Source of the DNA: Paramoeba atlantica
Taxonomy: Eukaryota; Protista; Discosea
Length of the DNA: 64,000 bases
Assembly (NCBI GenBank): GCA_977017575.1
Contig: CDRNVI010000015.1
Coordinates: 494,533 to 558,532 of the forward strand
Reading direction: 5' to 3'
This document shows, piece after piece, positions 19,221-29,353 of this stretch. The translations under genes and the position numbers were made by a program. Position 1 is the first letter of the stretch; every line of letters starts with the position of its first letter. The notes under the pieces were generated by a model, which was not told the DNA's origin, searched no databases, and was given only the letters and a program-made list of their open reading frames with translations.

Positions 19221-22200
19221 ATGTGTGGGTGGCAAGATCTAGTTAAGACGTACAAGGAATACGTTTTAAGCAGTCTAACTCCAGGAGAAATTAGGCCAAA
19301 TATTTCGCTCAATGAATGGCGAGAAAAATGGGATAGCGAACCTGACAATCTTGTTCGAAGCAAGATAACAATACAAACGGCCCATGCCACTTTGAATAAA
19401 TATTTGGAACTTTCGCAATTTTATCATTCTGAATCCGATAAGTTTTTGGAATATCAACTCCTGATATTGAAGGCACTACATACGATCATCGTCGAAGAAG
19501 GAGAGCAATCTCCAAGCAAAAAATGTCAGATACAATCCTTGCTCAATTATTTAAGAACAATGGGTTTGAAAACCGAAGAACCTCGACACGAGAACGTAGG
19601 AGACGAAGGGATAAAAACTGACTTTCCAGAGCAACATTCAACAAATCGGAACACCGCTGTTCTTCCAGCCAAAGGCAGTGCCTTTCAAAGTCTGCATATT
19701 CAAGATAAATCTCCAAAGAATTCCACTGAGGCTCTAGAACTTATTGACATTCTTCAACAACATATTAGGCGAATGCGTAGATTGGTCTCCACAGAGAATT
19801 CGAAACAGAAGTCTCCGAATAAATCATTGGGTACGTATACAGCAAAACCTTCCGAAGCGAATGTTGATACGAACAGGTCGGTCGACACAAACGATATGAA
19901 GACCTTAGTAAAGAAAACAAAAGTTTACAACCAGAGCAGCACTATACGTCACGAAACGGGCCGAACAGATACCTCTTTAAGGAAGACCCCTAAAAGTTCC
20001 GGACCGTTAGACATTTTTGTCAAAACGCGAAGGTGTCCATCTGATACGGAAAATCAACAAGCGCTATTGCTTAACGAAGTGAGAAGAATGGTTGTAGAAG
20101 CCTGCGTACTAGCCTCCGAATCCAAAGATGTACCATACCTTATCAGGGAAATTCGACAACTGGTAGGAGATGAGCTTATTCCTCTTCCACAATTCGAAGA
20201 AGCTCTCTTACGTCTCGAAGGGTATAAAAACGAAAACGTTGTAGCGGTAGTTCCATTTGATTCTACAAATAATGAAGGAATTACGGAGGAATTTAATGAG
20301 ATATCTCCTGATACCCAAGACAAGGGCACTCCGCTTCAAGAAAGTAAAGTCTCTCCACATTCGGAGAGGCTAGAAACTGGCGATGCATACACGTCTGAAG
20401 AATTCTACCGAACGCGAACGACTCATGATTCTCAAAAAACGGCACAGGAAAGAGAAGAAGAAACACTGGAAATGCGTGAAAAAAGTGCAGCAGGTACCGA
20501 ATTTGAATATGAACCACTGAAGGGTGTTTTAGAAGACAACACGACAACTTCAGCTCAAGAACCAGCTATTATCAATGATCCATTTAATCCGTTAGACGCG
20601 GGGACTGATTTGCCGAATTTTCTTCGACAATTTATGCACTCTATCATCAGCTTAATAAATGATTTAGAGGGCTTTTCAAGTCCAAGTTTGGCTGAAGCTA
20701 AAACATTATCTTTTCGGCGATACGAAAGAATATCATACTGCATGGAAGTTAAGAGACAAGCGGACCAAGAGGCGCTACGTAAGAAGAAGCAGGATGATAG
20801 AGATCGTATGCTTGCGATAAGAGAAAGAAACCGTCGACTAGCTCGTGGTCCAATCGAGGACCTAAAGGTAAAAGACTTAAAACCCCTTCCCGCTATACTA
20901 TACTTAGAGAGTGAACTTGGTATTGCACGCAAGTATTTTAGTGATGTGGTAACTACGTGGGTTTTGCTTCATAGCGCCCCTACGATGTTTCGAATGTCTC
21001 GCATGAGTCTGAATCTGTTTCTTCAGGCACTACAGGAAGACAAGGAGACTCTTTTGATGGAACATACTTTTCGAGGCCTTCTAGAGGTCATAGGATACGA
21101 CGGAGCTACCCCTACAAGTGGTATGTTAACCAGAAGTGCTTCCTCAGGAAAAACCTGGACAATGGACGTCATTGATTATCTTGCTCAAGATATAGGAATT
21201 GAAAAACGATCTCGACCCCAGAAAAAAAGGGAGCTTTTAAATGAATCCGAGTCTAGTTCTGATTCAGAATCAAGCTCAGAAGGGGGGGGTGAAGAAATTA
21301 TTGTGTGCGATAATTGCGATGACGTGATTCCGAGTTCCAATGTGATTGCCGAATGTTGCGCTTGTCAGAAAACTTTTCATTTGAAATGCGTTGGCTTACG
21401 TCGAGGTCCAGGGCGAGGATGGAGGTGTTCAGAGTGCCCTGCCCCGTCCGAAAGTAGCGACAGTAGCGAAGAAAGTAGTAGCGCTGACACCGAAGGTTCA
21501 ATCGAGAGGCACGAAAAGAAAGATGAAGGAGAAAGCGATTATGAAGGTACTGATGATGAAGCAGAGGTCACGAATATGGTAAAAGATGCTCGCGCACTGG
21601 GAAATTATCTCACTTGGGCCAATCTATCTCTCCCTACTCGAGTTTCGTTGCTTCGGGCTCTTACTCGTCGGGCTCTTCTGAGTGACAAATTAAATCAATT
21701 TTTTGCTGAAGCATCTATCACACTTGCACGCGAGAATCGCGAAGTATCTCGTGAGGAAGATGCCACAAAGAGATTTGAGCTACAACACAAGTTTTGGCTC
21801 ATGTCCGAACGCACCGATAACGGACGTAGCATTCTTCGGTCATTGGGTTCAGATCGATACAAACGACTTTACTGGCGCTTTCCTATGGATAGGAGACTCT
21901 TCGTCCAGACTACCACGCAATCCCTTCCTGTTCCCCCGGAAGCACAGTTCGTTCAGAAAAAGTCCAATGTTCTATTTGATGAGGATATGGACACTGATCG
22001 AGGTTTAACTAAAGATATGGATGCTACACCTAAAGAGTGGGGAACTCTATCTTGGGCTTACTTCGATGCGCTTACAGATTCACTGTCACAATTTGGCCTT
22101 CGTGAGTCAGGTTTAAAAAAGAACCTGGATTCTCTTCGCACACATGTGGAAAAAGAATATAAGAATATTTTAGATCCAGAAATTGACACCATTCGCATTA

Positions 22201-22247
22201 CGCGTAGTCGCACCACCGGTGGAGGGTACATAAATCGTCTGAGATGA
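19221..22247 (+). CDS. PHD-finger and WHIM/WSD-motif chromatin protein (BAZ/ACF1-like, probable ISWI partner)
   Basis: PHD CDNC...CCAC..TFHLKC...WRCSEC; WHIM1-like LSLPTRVSLLRAL; LGSDRYKRLYWRF; GLRESGLKKNL. Confidence 0.72.
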   Translation: MCGWQDLVKTYKEYVLSSLTPGEIRPNISLNEWREKWDSEPDNLVRSKITIQTAHATLNKYLELSQFYHSESDKFLEYQLLILKALHTIIVEEGEQSPSKKCQIQSLLNYLRTMGLKTEEPRHENVGDEGIKTDFPEQHSTNRNTAVLPAKGSAFQSLHIQDKSPKNSTEALELIDILQQHIRRMRRLVSTENSKQKSPNKSLGTYTAKPSEANVDTNRSVDTNDMKTLVKKTKVYNQSSTIRHETGRTDTSLRKTPKSSGPLDIFVKTRRCPSDTENQQALLLNEVRRMVVEACVLASESKDVPYLIREIRQLVGDELIPLPQFEEALLRLEGYKNENVVAVVPFDSTNNEGITEEFNEISPDTQDKGTPLQESKVSPHSERLETGDAYTSEEFYRTRTTHDSQKTAQEREEETLEMREKSAAGTEFEYEPLKGVLEDNTTTSAQEPAIINDPFNPLDAGTDLPNFLRQFMHSIISLINDLEGFSSPSLAEAKTLSFRRYERISYCMEVKRQADQEALRKKKQDDRDRMLAIRERNRRLARGPIEDLKVKDLKPLPAILYLESELGIARKYFSDVVTTWVLLHSAPTMFRMSRMSLNLFLQALQEDKETLLMEHTFRGLLEVIGYDGATPTSGMLTRSASSGKTWTMDVIDYLAQDIGIEKRSRPQKKRELLNESESSSDSESSSEGGGEEIIVCDNCDDVIPSSNVIAECCACQKTFHLKCVGLRRGPGRGWRCSECPAPSESSDSSEESSSADTEGSIERHEKKDEGESDYEGTDDEAEVTNMVKDARALGNYLTWANLSLPTRVSLLRALTRRALLSDKLNQFFAEASITLARENREVSREEDATKRFELQHKFWLMSERTDNGRSILRSLGSDRYKRLYWRFPMDRRLFVQTTTQSLPVPPEAQFVQKKSNVLFDEDMDTDRGLTKDMDATPKEWGTLSWAYFDALTDSLSQFGLRESGLKKNLDSLRTHVEKEYKNILDPEIDTIRITRSRTTGGGYINRLR

Positions 22248-22446
22248 TCAAAGCACTTCACGATTTTAAGATGTGTGGTAGTTACATGTAAATCTTTTTC
22301 TCGGACGTTACAATATAACGTGGTTCGGTTATAACTAAGTTCGATATTGATAAACTGGGTGCGACTGTTTCGCATTCCTACCTTTCTGATGGGCTTCACT
22401 AGCGCTAATAGTAGTAGTGCAGTATTAATTGTTACACAGTATTAAT

Positions 22447-22493
22447 GAGGGGCTGCGGGCAGTGGGTTCGGTGATGCACACCCGCAGCCCCTC
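22447..22493. repeat. 47-bp GC-rich hairpin flanked by TAAT direct repeats
   Basis: GAGGGGCTGCGGG (22447-59) pairs perfectly with CCCGCAGCCCCTC (22481-93); TAAT at 22443-46 and 22494-97. Confidence 0.7.
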
Positions 22494-22719
22494 TAATATT
22501 GAACCAGCCATTTTTCACAGTGATACATGATTGCAATATACTTTGTATATTGCTCTATTTTTATAATGCGCTGTTACGCGCAGTGCCATTTGTTTTCATA
22601 GTAAAATAGTAATTTATAATACACTAAAAACGCATTAGAAAAAGCAGGTATTTCGGTTTTTAATTGCTTTTCTAAACGAATCAGCTTTATTTTTCCTCAT
22701 TGTTCCTCTCTACGCCCAA

Positions 22720-24369
22720 ATGCTGTTTTTTATACTGGCCATGCTTCCCTTGTTTTCGGCCCATGTATGCATCCACTCCAACCTGAACCACGCTCATTTC
22801 ACGGCAAACTGGACAAATCTTGTAGAAACTGATTACGCCCCTGAACCAGAATTTTCTGCTGAAATGATTTCTCCGCTTTCTCTCGGGTGGTCCGGGGGAA
22901 AAGCATCACCTCGAGGGGCTATCCGCATTACAACGTCTACTGAAGATCTCTTTAACCCTGAAAAACACTGCACGGCAGTGGGGCAGCTCCGGCCCACTTT
23001 TCTTGGATCGGAGGCCATTTGTCGTGAGGAAGACATACTGACACCGGAGAAAAGGGATCGGCTACTTCATACTGTGTTGCCTGCTGCGGTCTCTTTTTTT
23101 GAAAAGGCACTTAGTGTTGACCAGGGGCACCGTGGATTATTGATGAATAACAACATTTGTGGGGTGGAGATTTCTGTACCCTCTAATTTCACGACAACTC
23201 CGGGGGCTGAGAACGCAGACTACGTTTTGTTCGTGACTGCTGGTCCAATCGAGTCTGCGGAAACCGTAGCTTGGGCAGGAGCGTGCGGGTACAACCGCAA
23301 GGGGCGCCCCGTTGTTGGTCTCGTCAACTTTGGCCCCGCAGCGTTGGGACTTCCTCTCGCTCCTCAGTATTTCACTAAAGTTGCCACACATGAGATCACC
23401 CATGCTCTCGGCTTCACCCCGTATTTTGCGCAAAGTATGTTTCTGTGGCCGAATCGCAATCCAATTAGCACTCGCAATCGCAGGGGAAAGCGAGTGACTG
23501 TGATTACCTCTCCTGAGGTCATTACCCGGTCACGTGAACACTTTGGCTGTCCCACGCTGGACGGTATGGAACTGGAGGACGGAGGCGGGGAAGGTACCCA
23601 ACTTTCCCACTGGGAGAAACGACTTCTTCTAAACGAACTAATGGTAGGCATGCTAAACGCTGGAGAAGTCAATTTAGCCGTAAGTAACATTACTCTTGCT
23701 TTTTTCCAGGATAGTGGTCACTATAATGTGAATTACACAGCATCGTCTCCATTAGCAGAGATGCGCTTTGGTCGAAGCGCCGGGTGTTCGTTTCTAATGG
23801 AAAAGTGCAACACTGTCGGCGGGGGTCGTGGCACTCACTTTTGCTTTAACCGTGAAAAAGCATGCGCCCCGGACCGCCTTGGCGTGGGGGTTTGCAATTA
23901 CGTGGAGTACTCTTCACCTCTGCCCTTGCCTTTTCAATACGACAATCCTTTTTACGGTGGAATATGCGATATAGCAGACTATTGCCCTTTTGTACAAGCT
24001 TATGATGATTATGTCTGCGTAAATCCCAGTCTGGAAGGTTTATCAGGAATTCGTTCCTCACAAGTTGGTGATGTTTTCAGTTCAGAAAGCCGGTGTTTCA
24101 ACACTTTTGATTTAGATGGTACTCTTAAAAAAGGTGGTTTGCGGCACAGTAGGTTAAGGTCTTCCTTGAATAGTACTGGTCAGCGATGTTTACGTGTACG
24201 TTGCGTTCGCGGTGCGCTTCAACTTTCAGTTGGAAAATCTATAAAATGGCTTAGGTGTCCAGCAAACGGTTCGTCTGGTATAATTGAGGCCACCGACGGG
24301 TACAGTGGTCGAATAGAATGCCCCCCAGCTGAAGAGATATGCACGCCAGAACTAGAGGTTTATTCGTAA
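22720..24369 (+). CDS. GP63: Leishmanolysin/GP63-family zinc metalloprotease (peptidase M8)
   Basis: Signal peptide; pro-region HVCIH; HEITHALGF; LEDGGGEGTQLSHWEKR; Met-turn NELM; Cys-rich C-terminal domain. Confidence 0.93.
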   Translation: MLFFILAMLPLFSAHVCIHSNLNHAHFTANWTNLVETDYAPEPEFSAEMISPLSLGWSGGKASPRGAIRITTSTEDLFNPEKHCTAVGQLRPTFLGSEAICREEDILTPEKRDRLLHTVLPAAVSFFEKALSVDQGHRGLLMNNNICGVEISVPSNFTTTPGAENADYVLFVTAGPIESAETVAWAGACGYNRKGRPVVGLVNFGPAALGLPLAPQYFTKVATHEITHALGFTPYFAQSMFLWPNRNPISTRNRRGKRVTVITSPEVITRSREHFGCPTLDGMELEDGGGEGTQLSHWEKRLLLNELMVGMLNAGEVNLAVSNITLAFFQDSGHYNVNYTASSPLAEMRFGRSAGCSFLMEKCNTVGGGRGTHFCFNREKACAPDRLGVGVCNYVEYSSPLPLPFQYDNPFYGGICDIADYCPFVQAYDDYVCVNPSLEGLSGIRSSQVGDVFSSESRCFNTFDLDGTLKKGGLRHSRLRSSLNSTGQRCLRVRCVRGALQLSVGKSIKWLRCPANGSSGIIEATDGYSGRIECPPAEEICTPELEVYS

Positions 24370-25303
24370 ACATCTAAGCGGTTGTTTGTCTTTATATAAA
24401 TTTTGTATACACGGTATTTCAGTGTACGCCACTACTTATTTGTACCTGTGCCATTTCTGTTCTGTATTTTAGCACGACTTCCTTTTACGAGGCCAGGTTG
24501 TGTATAATACGTACCTATTGAATTACAGAAAAGCTTGCAAAGGCGCTACACTTTGTTCCATCGTGTGTCATTTACGAGATAAAAAATAATTTTTATCTTT
24601 TCTGCATTTCGTGAGTACCTTTATTCTCAGAAAAGTCAAAGAACGGCTTTTTTGCGTTTTGACTTGGCGCTGCACGTAGGTGATTCCTGAGATCTCAATA
24701 TCTCATTCATACGGATATTCAGTTACGCTAACATAGTTGCACTTATGTGCTGTCTCCCGAAAGATTAAAAAACTAACGATTCAGCCAACTCTGTGCACTC
24801 CTCATTTAAGAGGCAATCGCCTCTTCGCATCTACACATGCCTAGCGCTTTCCGATTCCGTTATTCTTTTTACATTACATACATGGGATACTTCATATTAT
24901 ACATGGGACACTTCCCATAGCGAGAGGCAGTAACTTCTTCCCGTGGAAGAACCGAAGCAATTGTTTCACTGGTCTTGTGATGCTTACTCCCTCTTTTGCA
25001 AACATAATGTGCCCCCCCTTTAATGGAGACTCCACCCCTCAGACCCCCCTTTAATAGAGACAAAAACTTGGAATAATTTTGGAGAAAAAAATGTATGTTG
25101 CTTAAAAGGGTAGAAAAATACTTAGAATTCACTGAACATTCAATAATCTCTAATAATGTAAACATTCACCGCATTCAAGGTTTCTGAATCCGCGGAATCT
25201 CCTGTCAAGTTGAAAGATGGTGTTCGTAACACGATTCATTTTGTGCACGGGCCTCTGAGCTCCTGGATTATCACAGAACCGCCAGCCACGAATCCGGAAT
25301 CTA

Positions 25304-25615
25304 CCGTATACCCCCCCCCAGTAAGAGAATGGGTTTTGGGTCGAAATGGCCAAATCTCTCTTACTGGGGGGGGGTATGCTTTTTTGGTCAGTTTCCTCTT
25401 TTCTCCCAACTTTTGACTATTTTTTCTTTTTTTTCTTCTGAAAACGTGTTAAAACGCTTCTTTGGGGTACCCTCGAGGCCCCTAACATGCAGACACTCAC
25501 CCCCTATACGCCTCCTATTGAGCTCCCAAGCCAAATCTCTCTTACTGGGGGTCAGCCTAAAAAGGTTCAAATCTCCCTTACTGTGGGGGGTACCTTACTG
25601 GGGGGGGGTATACGG
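25304..25615. mobile_element. 312-bp TA-flanked MITE with CCGTA ends (Tc2/pogo-like termini)
   Basis: TA CCGTATACCCCCCCCCAGTAAG ... CTTACTGGGGGGGGGTATACGG TA, a perfect 22-bp TIR; internal copies of AAATCTCTCTTACTGGGGG. Confidence 0.85.
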
Positions 25616-25849
25616 TAACATTCGAAATCACAAACAACCTTCTTCCAATCACTGTCCGTGAAAAGAGAGACCGAACAGAGTAAAGCATGTATGACAAGCG
25701 CGATATATGCCTGTCGAAATCGACGGTATCCAATATACAGGATAAGTACGGGCTCTCTCCAAGTACTTTTCATAAAACACGCAACTGGTGAGTGACATTT
25801 TTCTGTTTTAGTCTCTTCGTTGTTCTCAACTTAGGATGTACCACTGCTG

Positions 25850-26750
25850 CGTCGTATAACGGTAGCTGATGTCCCAAACTCTCAAAATACGTATTAGGGG
25901 TCGAAGAACATTGTTTTTACTGTATGTGTTTGGACCATCCTGTCTCGCTGATCAGGGTGTCAGTCGGTAAGAAGGTCCACAAGGCTCCGTCCTCATATTC
26001 CTGGGTCTTCCCGGCGCCTTCAAAGCGTTCGGGGATACCAAGGCTATGATTTAGGAAGATGGGGATGGCGTCGCCCATGTCGGGTGCGAAGATGTGACCG
26101 TGAAAGGAACCGTCGTATACGCGGATCACCGTGGCTTCCACGGGGGTTTGCTCACCATGTGGCAGGGAAAGGGAGAGAGACACCTGCTGGGCGCAATCGA
26201 GCTTCTCGCGATCGTTGATTTCAGTGGGTTCCCGGTAGTGTCCTTGAGCATGGGACTTTTGTTGGACACGCCCAGAGTGTTTCTCACCAACCCCATGAAT
26301 TCATGGAAGGTGGCGAAAGCGCCGCAGGGCACCCTAATGTGCCCCGAGCTGGCGGGGCCTAAATCCAGGAGGATTAGCCCTTCGGGTCCGTAGTCAATTA
26401 GGCCTCCATCCAGAAATTAGGGCCATCCAGAATGTTGAGGGACTTGGTTGACGGAGATCGCGCCGACCGTTGCATAACATTGTTTGAACAGGATGAGGAG
26501 CTCGGTCCTGCGCTCCTGTTTTCTGTGTGACCTACACAGAGTGTAGGTAGGAGTTGCCGGAGGAGTTCCACCACTGATAAGTATGGCGGGGGAAGGTTTA
26601 TTAATGGGCGGTAATTTTTCTTTCCCATGGCAATTTGTCTGTCCAAAGGCATTTTATCTGTCCAAAGGCATTTTATCTGTCCAAAGGCATCGGTCCTGTC
26701 CGGCCGCCTGTTGCGAAGACTTGGTATCCAAGTGTTATAGAGAAACATGG
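25850..26750. other. GC-richer intergenic island with broken, coding-like antisense frames; possible decayed mobile element or pseudogene
   Basis: Overlapping short ORFs on both strands; composition differs from AT-rich neighbours; no family confidently recognised. Confidence 0.3.
26632..26690. repeat. 19-bp tandem repeat x3 (ATTTTATCTGTCCAAAGGC)
   Basis: GTCCAAAGGC at 26641, 26660 and 26679. Confidence 0.9.
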
Positions 26751-26959
26751 ACCCCCTAATTTCAAAATATTCTTCATTTTAGGGGTTCCCTGGTGCCCTT
26801 TTTAAGTACGCGTTTGCTCCTTTTAATAGTGTTGCCCGCTATTTTTTTGGTCAAATAATAATAACTACACGCCCGCTAATATATTTTAATAAACGAGTGA
26901 ATAAACGGGATAAAATATTGCATCTATAAGAATAACATTTAGAAATGTAAGCTTTCTTG

Positions 26960-28981
26960 ATGTCTTGGGTTTCTTCACTTATTCATGCACAAGTTATGCT
27001 TCGCAAACTTCACGTTGCAACTTTTTCGGACTTGGTGAATTCAAAGTCAATGACGACGAATGAACTGTCATCTGTCTTAAAAACGACATGTGTGAGTTTT
27101 CCTGTCGATGATATTATACAAACGATTCGTAATCTTGTTTGCTCGACTCCATCGCAGTGGAATCTAGCGACAAAACTTCTAAAAAGAAGTTTTTCTTTAT
27201 TGTCTTCAGAACAAGCAAGTGCATGTGGGAGCTATCTTTTTCATCTACACCCAGATTTTTCTAGTTATTCTCTTGGAGAATACCTTCAAGGGGTAAAAAG
27301 CATTGAGAAGTACCGAAAATATAGGTCTGACGGAACACAGCTTGCAGAAGCACATTACGTTTTTCTTCGTAATTGGGATACCTCCATTCAAATTTACAAG
27401 GATGTTATAGCAAAATGCCAAGATGTTTCTCAAGGGTTTTATTATCCTGAAAATCTTGTGGTAAATTGGATACTACAGCAACCTGCAAAGCGGTGGTGCG
27501 AAGGTTTGCATCTTTTAGAGCGCACAGAAACAACCCTTTCATCTATCTTGGGTCCACTGGTTCGCACGGCAGGTCCTTTGGGGATTTATATTTATCTAAT
27601 ACTAAAAAATAGATTTATTGACTACCGCAGTCAGTGGATTTCCAAGCGCATGCTATTACTGCCACAATGGAAAAATCGTTGGCTTCTCGGGTTTAAAATA
27701 TTTCAAATAATTTCCAGTGGTTCATCTCTCCTGGCTGATGAGGCACGTTTACAATGCCTTTTTAACAAACAGTTGACTATCTGGGATGATTTGAACCATC
27801 CATTTGGACGTATTTTTCTTTACCTTTCCTCGATTCGCTGGCAAAAGACCTTTCCTGACTTCCAAAAACATCTTTTTCGATTTCCTCATGCTACGAGGCT
27901 TCTATCACTCATTCAAAATCCTTTAGAAATAGCAAATTCTACTGCTCTCAGTCACGTTATCGATACATTCGTTAGACAGCCAGATTTGGCGCCTGAAACT
28001 CTCGTAATTAAATTGGTGCAAGTTTCAAGAATAGTTCTCGAAAAAGAATATTGTCATCGCTTGTTTCTTAAATTGATGAAGCGCCGCTTCGTCTTGCTCG
28101 ATGGCGAGCCCATATCGCATTTAAATTTGACGTTGTATCCTGATCAAATATTGCAAATAAAATTTCAATCTTTAGCGCCGTTGGTTGGTTCAAGTCGCAC
28201 GGCAAGTGGTACTCTTCCAGCGAGGCTCACTGAATCGACTATAAAAGCAGCAGGTGAGCACTCAGCCGAAGCAAGTGAATTTATAGAAAATGAAACCGAA
28301 TTAAGTTTTCTTTCCGACCCCATGTTGATTGAAGAGATAAGCATCACACATGATAGTGCCTTTGCTTCAAAATTGAAGCCTGATTGTCCGCCTGATATAG
28401 AGTATGAACTGGGAGATGGGAGTTCATTCGAAAAATCATTTATGGAAGGCGACTACGCAACAGATTCCATTATGAAACCGGAATCCATCTACACCTCGTG
28501 GAATGATGACGTACTTCAGGGCTTTTGTCCATCCGTTCGACCTTTTTGTGTATTGGTCCCTTATTTCTCTAAGCATGCCTTACCCTCCTTGTTTCCAGGT
28601 AAACTTTTGAGCGAGAGGCGTTTATATCAATTTATTTCTGTCGATCTGCATCATCGACCTTCTTTGCGAGTGTACCAATGCATCACATATGGAGACAATT
28701 CCGAGATAGGAAAAATAGTTAAAAAAATGCAGTTTCGGAATGAATTTATACTTGGATGCTCGTGTGCTAAGCAAGGTGGAGGTTCCTTTTTATCTTCCCC
28801 CTTGTGTACGGATGGAGCACCCTTGATAGCGCTTAAGGAGCTACATTTTCGTCATCCTCATACAGGAGAACGAGTACTTGTCGAGCGAACAACAAAACTT
28901 GACCGCATTGCGCAGACCCTAAATACATCAAAGCGTGGACCGAGTTCAAAACGCACAGATCTAAAAAGTGTACAGGTATAA
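26960..28981 (+). CDS. Helical-repeat protein with S4-like and degenerate RluA/RluD pseudouridine-synthase-like C-terminus
   Basis: W..AL.L-type repeats (WNLATKLL, WDTSIQIY, WCEGLHLL, WLLGFKIF); S4-like FLKLMKRRFVLLDGEPI; RVYQCITYG and LKELHFRHPHTGERV resemble RluA motifs; no HRLD. Confidence 0.5.
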   Translation: MSWVSSLIHAQVMLRKLHVATFSDLVNSKSMTTNELSSVLKTTCVSFPVDDIIQTIRNLVCSTPSQWNLATKLLKRSFSLLSSEQASACGSYLFHLHPDFSSYSLGEYLQGVKSIEKYRKYRSDGTQLAEAHYVFLRNWDTSIQIYKDVIAKCQDVSQGFYYPENLVVNWILQQPAKRWCEGLHLLERTETTLSSILGPLVRTAGPLGIYIYLILKNRFIDYRSQWISKRMLLLPQWKNRWLLGFKIFQIISSGSSLLADEARLQCLFNKQLTIWDDLNHPFGRIFLYLSSIRWQKTFPDFQKHLFRFPHATRLLSLIQNPLEIANSTALSHVIDTFVRQPDLAPETLVIKLVQVSRIVLEKEYCHRLFLKLMKRRFVLLDGEPISHLNLTLYPDQILQIKFQSLAPLVGSSRTASGTLPARLTESTIKAAGEHSAEASEFIENETELSFLSDPMLIEEISITHDSAFASKLKPDCPPDIEYELGDGSSFEKSFMEGDYATDSIMKPESIYTSWNDDVLQGFCPSVRPFCVLVPYFSKHALPSLFPGKLLSERRLYQFISVDLHHRPSLRVYQCITYGDNSEIGKIVKKMQFRNEFILGCSCAKQGGGSFLSSPLCTDGAPLIALKELHFRHPHTGERVLVERTTKLDRIAQTLNTSKRGPSSKRTDLKSVQV

Positions 28982-29353
28982 TTTTATTAAACATGTTTAC
29001 TTAACTTTTTCTTTGAACAGGCACAAGAATATTATATACTTTGTTTGGTTTTGCTTGTTTTATTTGATCGGTCGATAAAAATTCATCAAACGAGTACGTG
29101 ATTATAGCTATTCTATTACGCACTTGCCTCTTAAAACTATTTTGGGTGTTATACTTCTTTAGGTAAAACGTAAAGAATTTTTCATGCGTGCAAATCAATC
29201 GTTTTCTTATTGAATGTCTTGAAGCTTTTAAAACTAATTCCTGCGACTTCGCAAAAAACTCTTTTGCCAACTTCCTAAAAAAAATATTTTCTCAAGATTT
29301 CTTAGTATTTTAAATCTATCTTTAGTAATATTTCTTGGTATCTTTATCCGATC

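Noticed and set aside
26632-26690. Short repeats as a CRISPR array
   Set aside because: Units are directly tandem with no unique spacers; eukaryotic context with no cas genes
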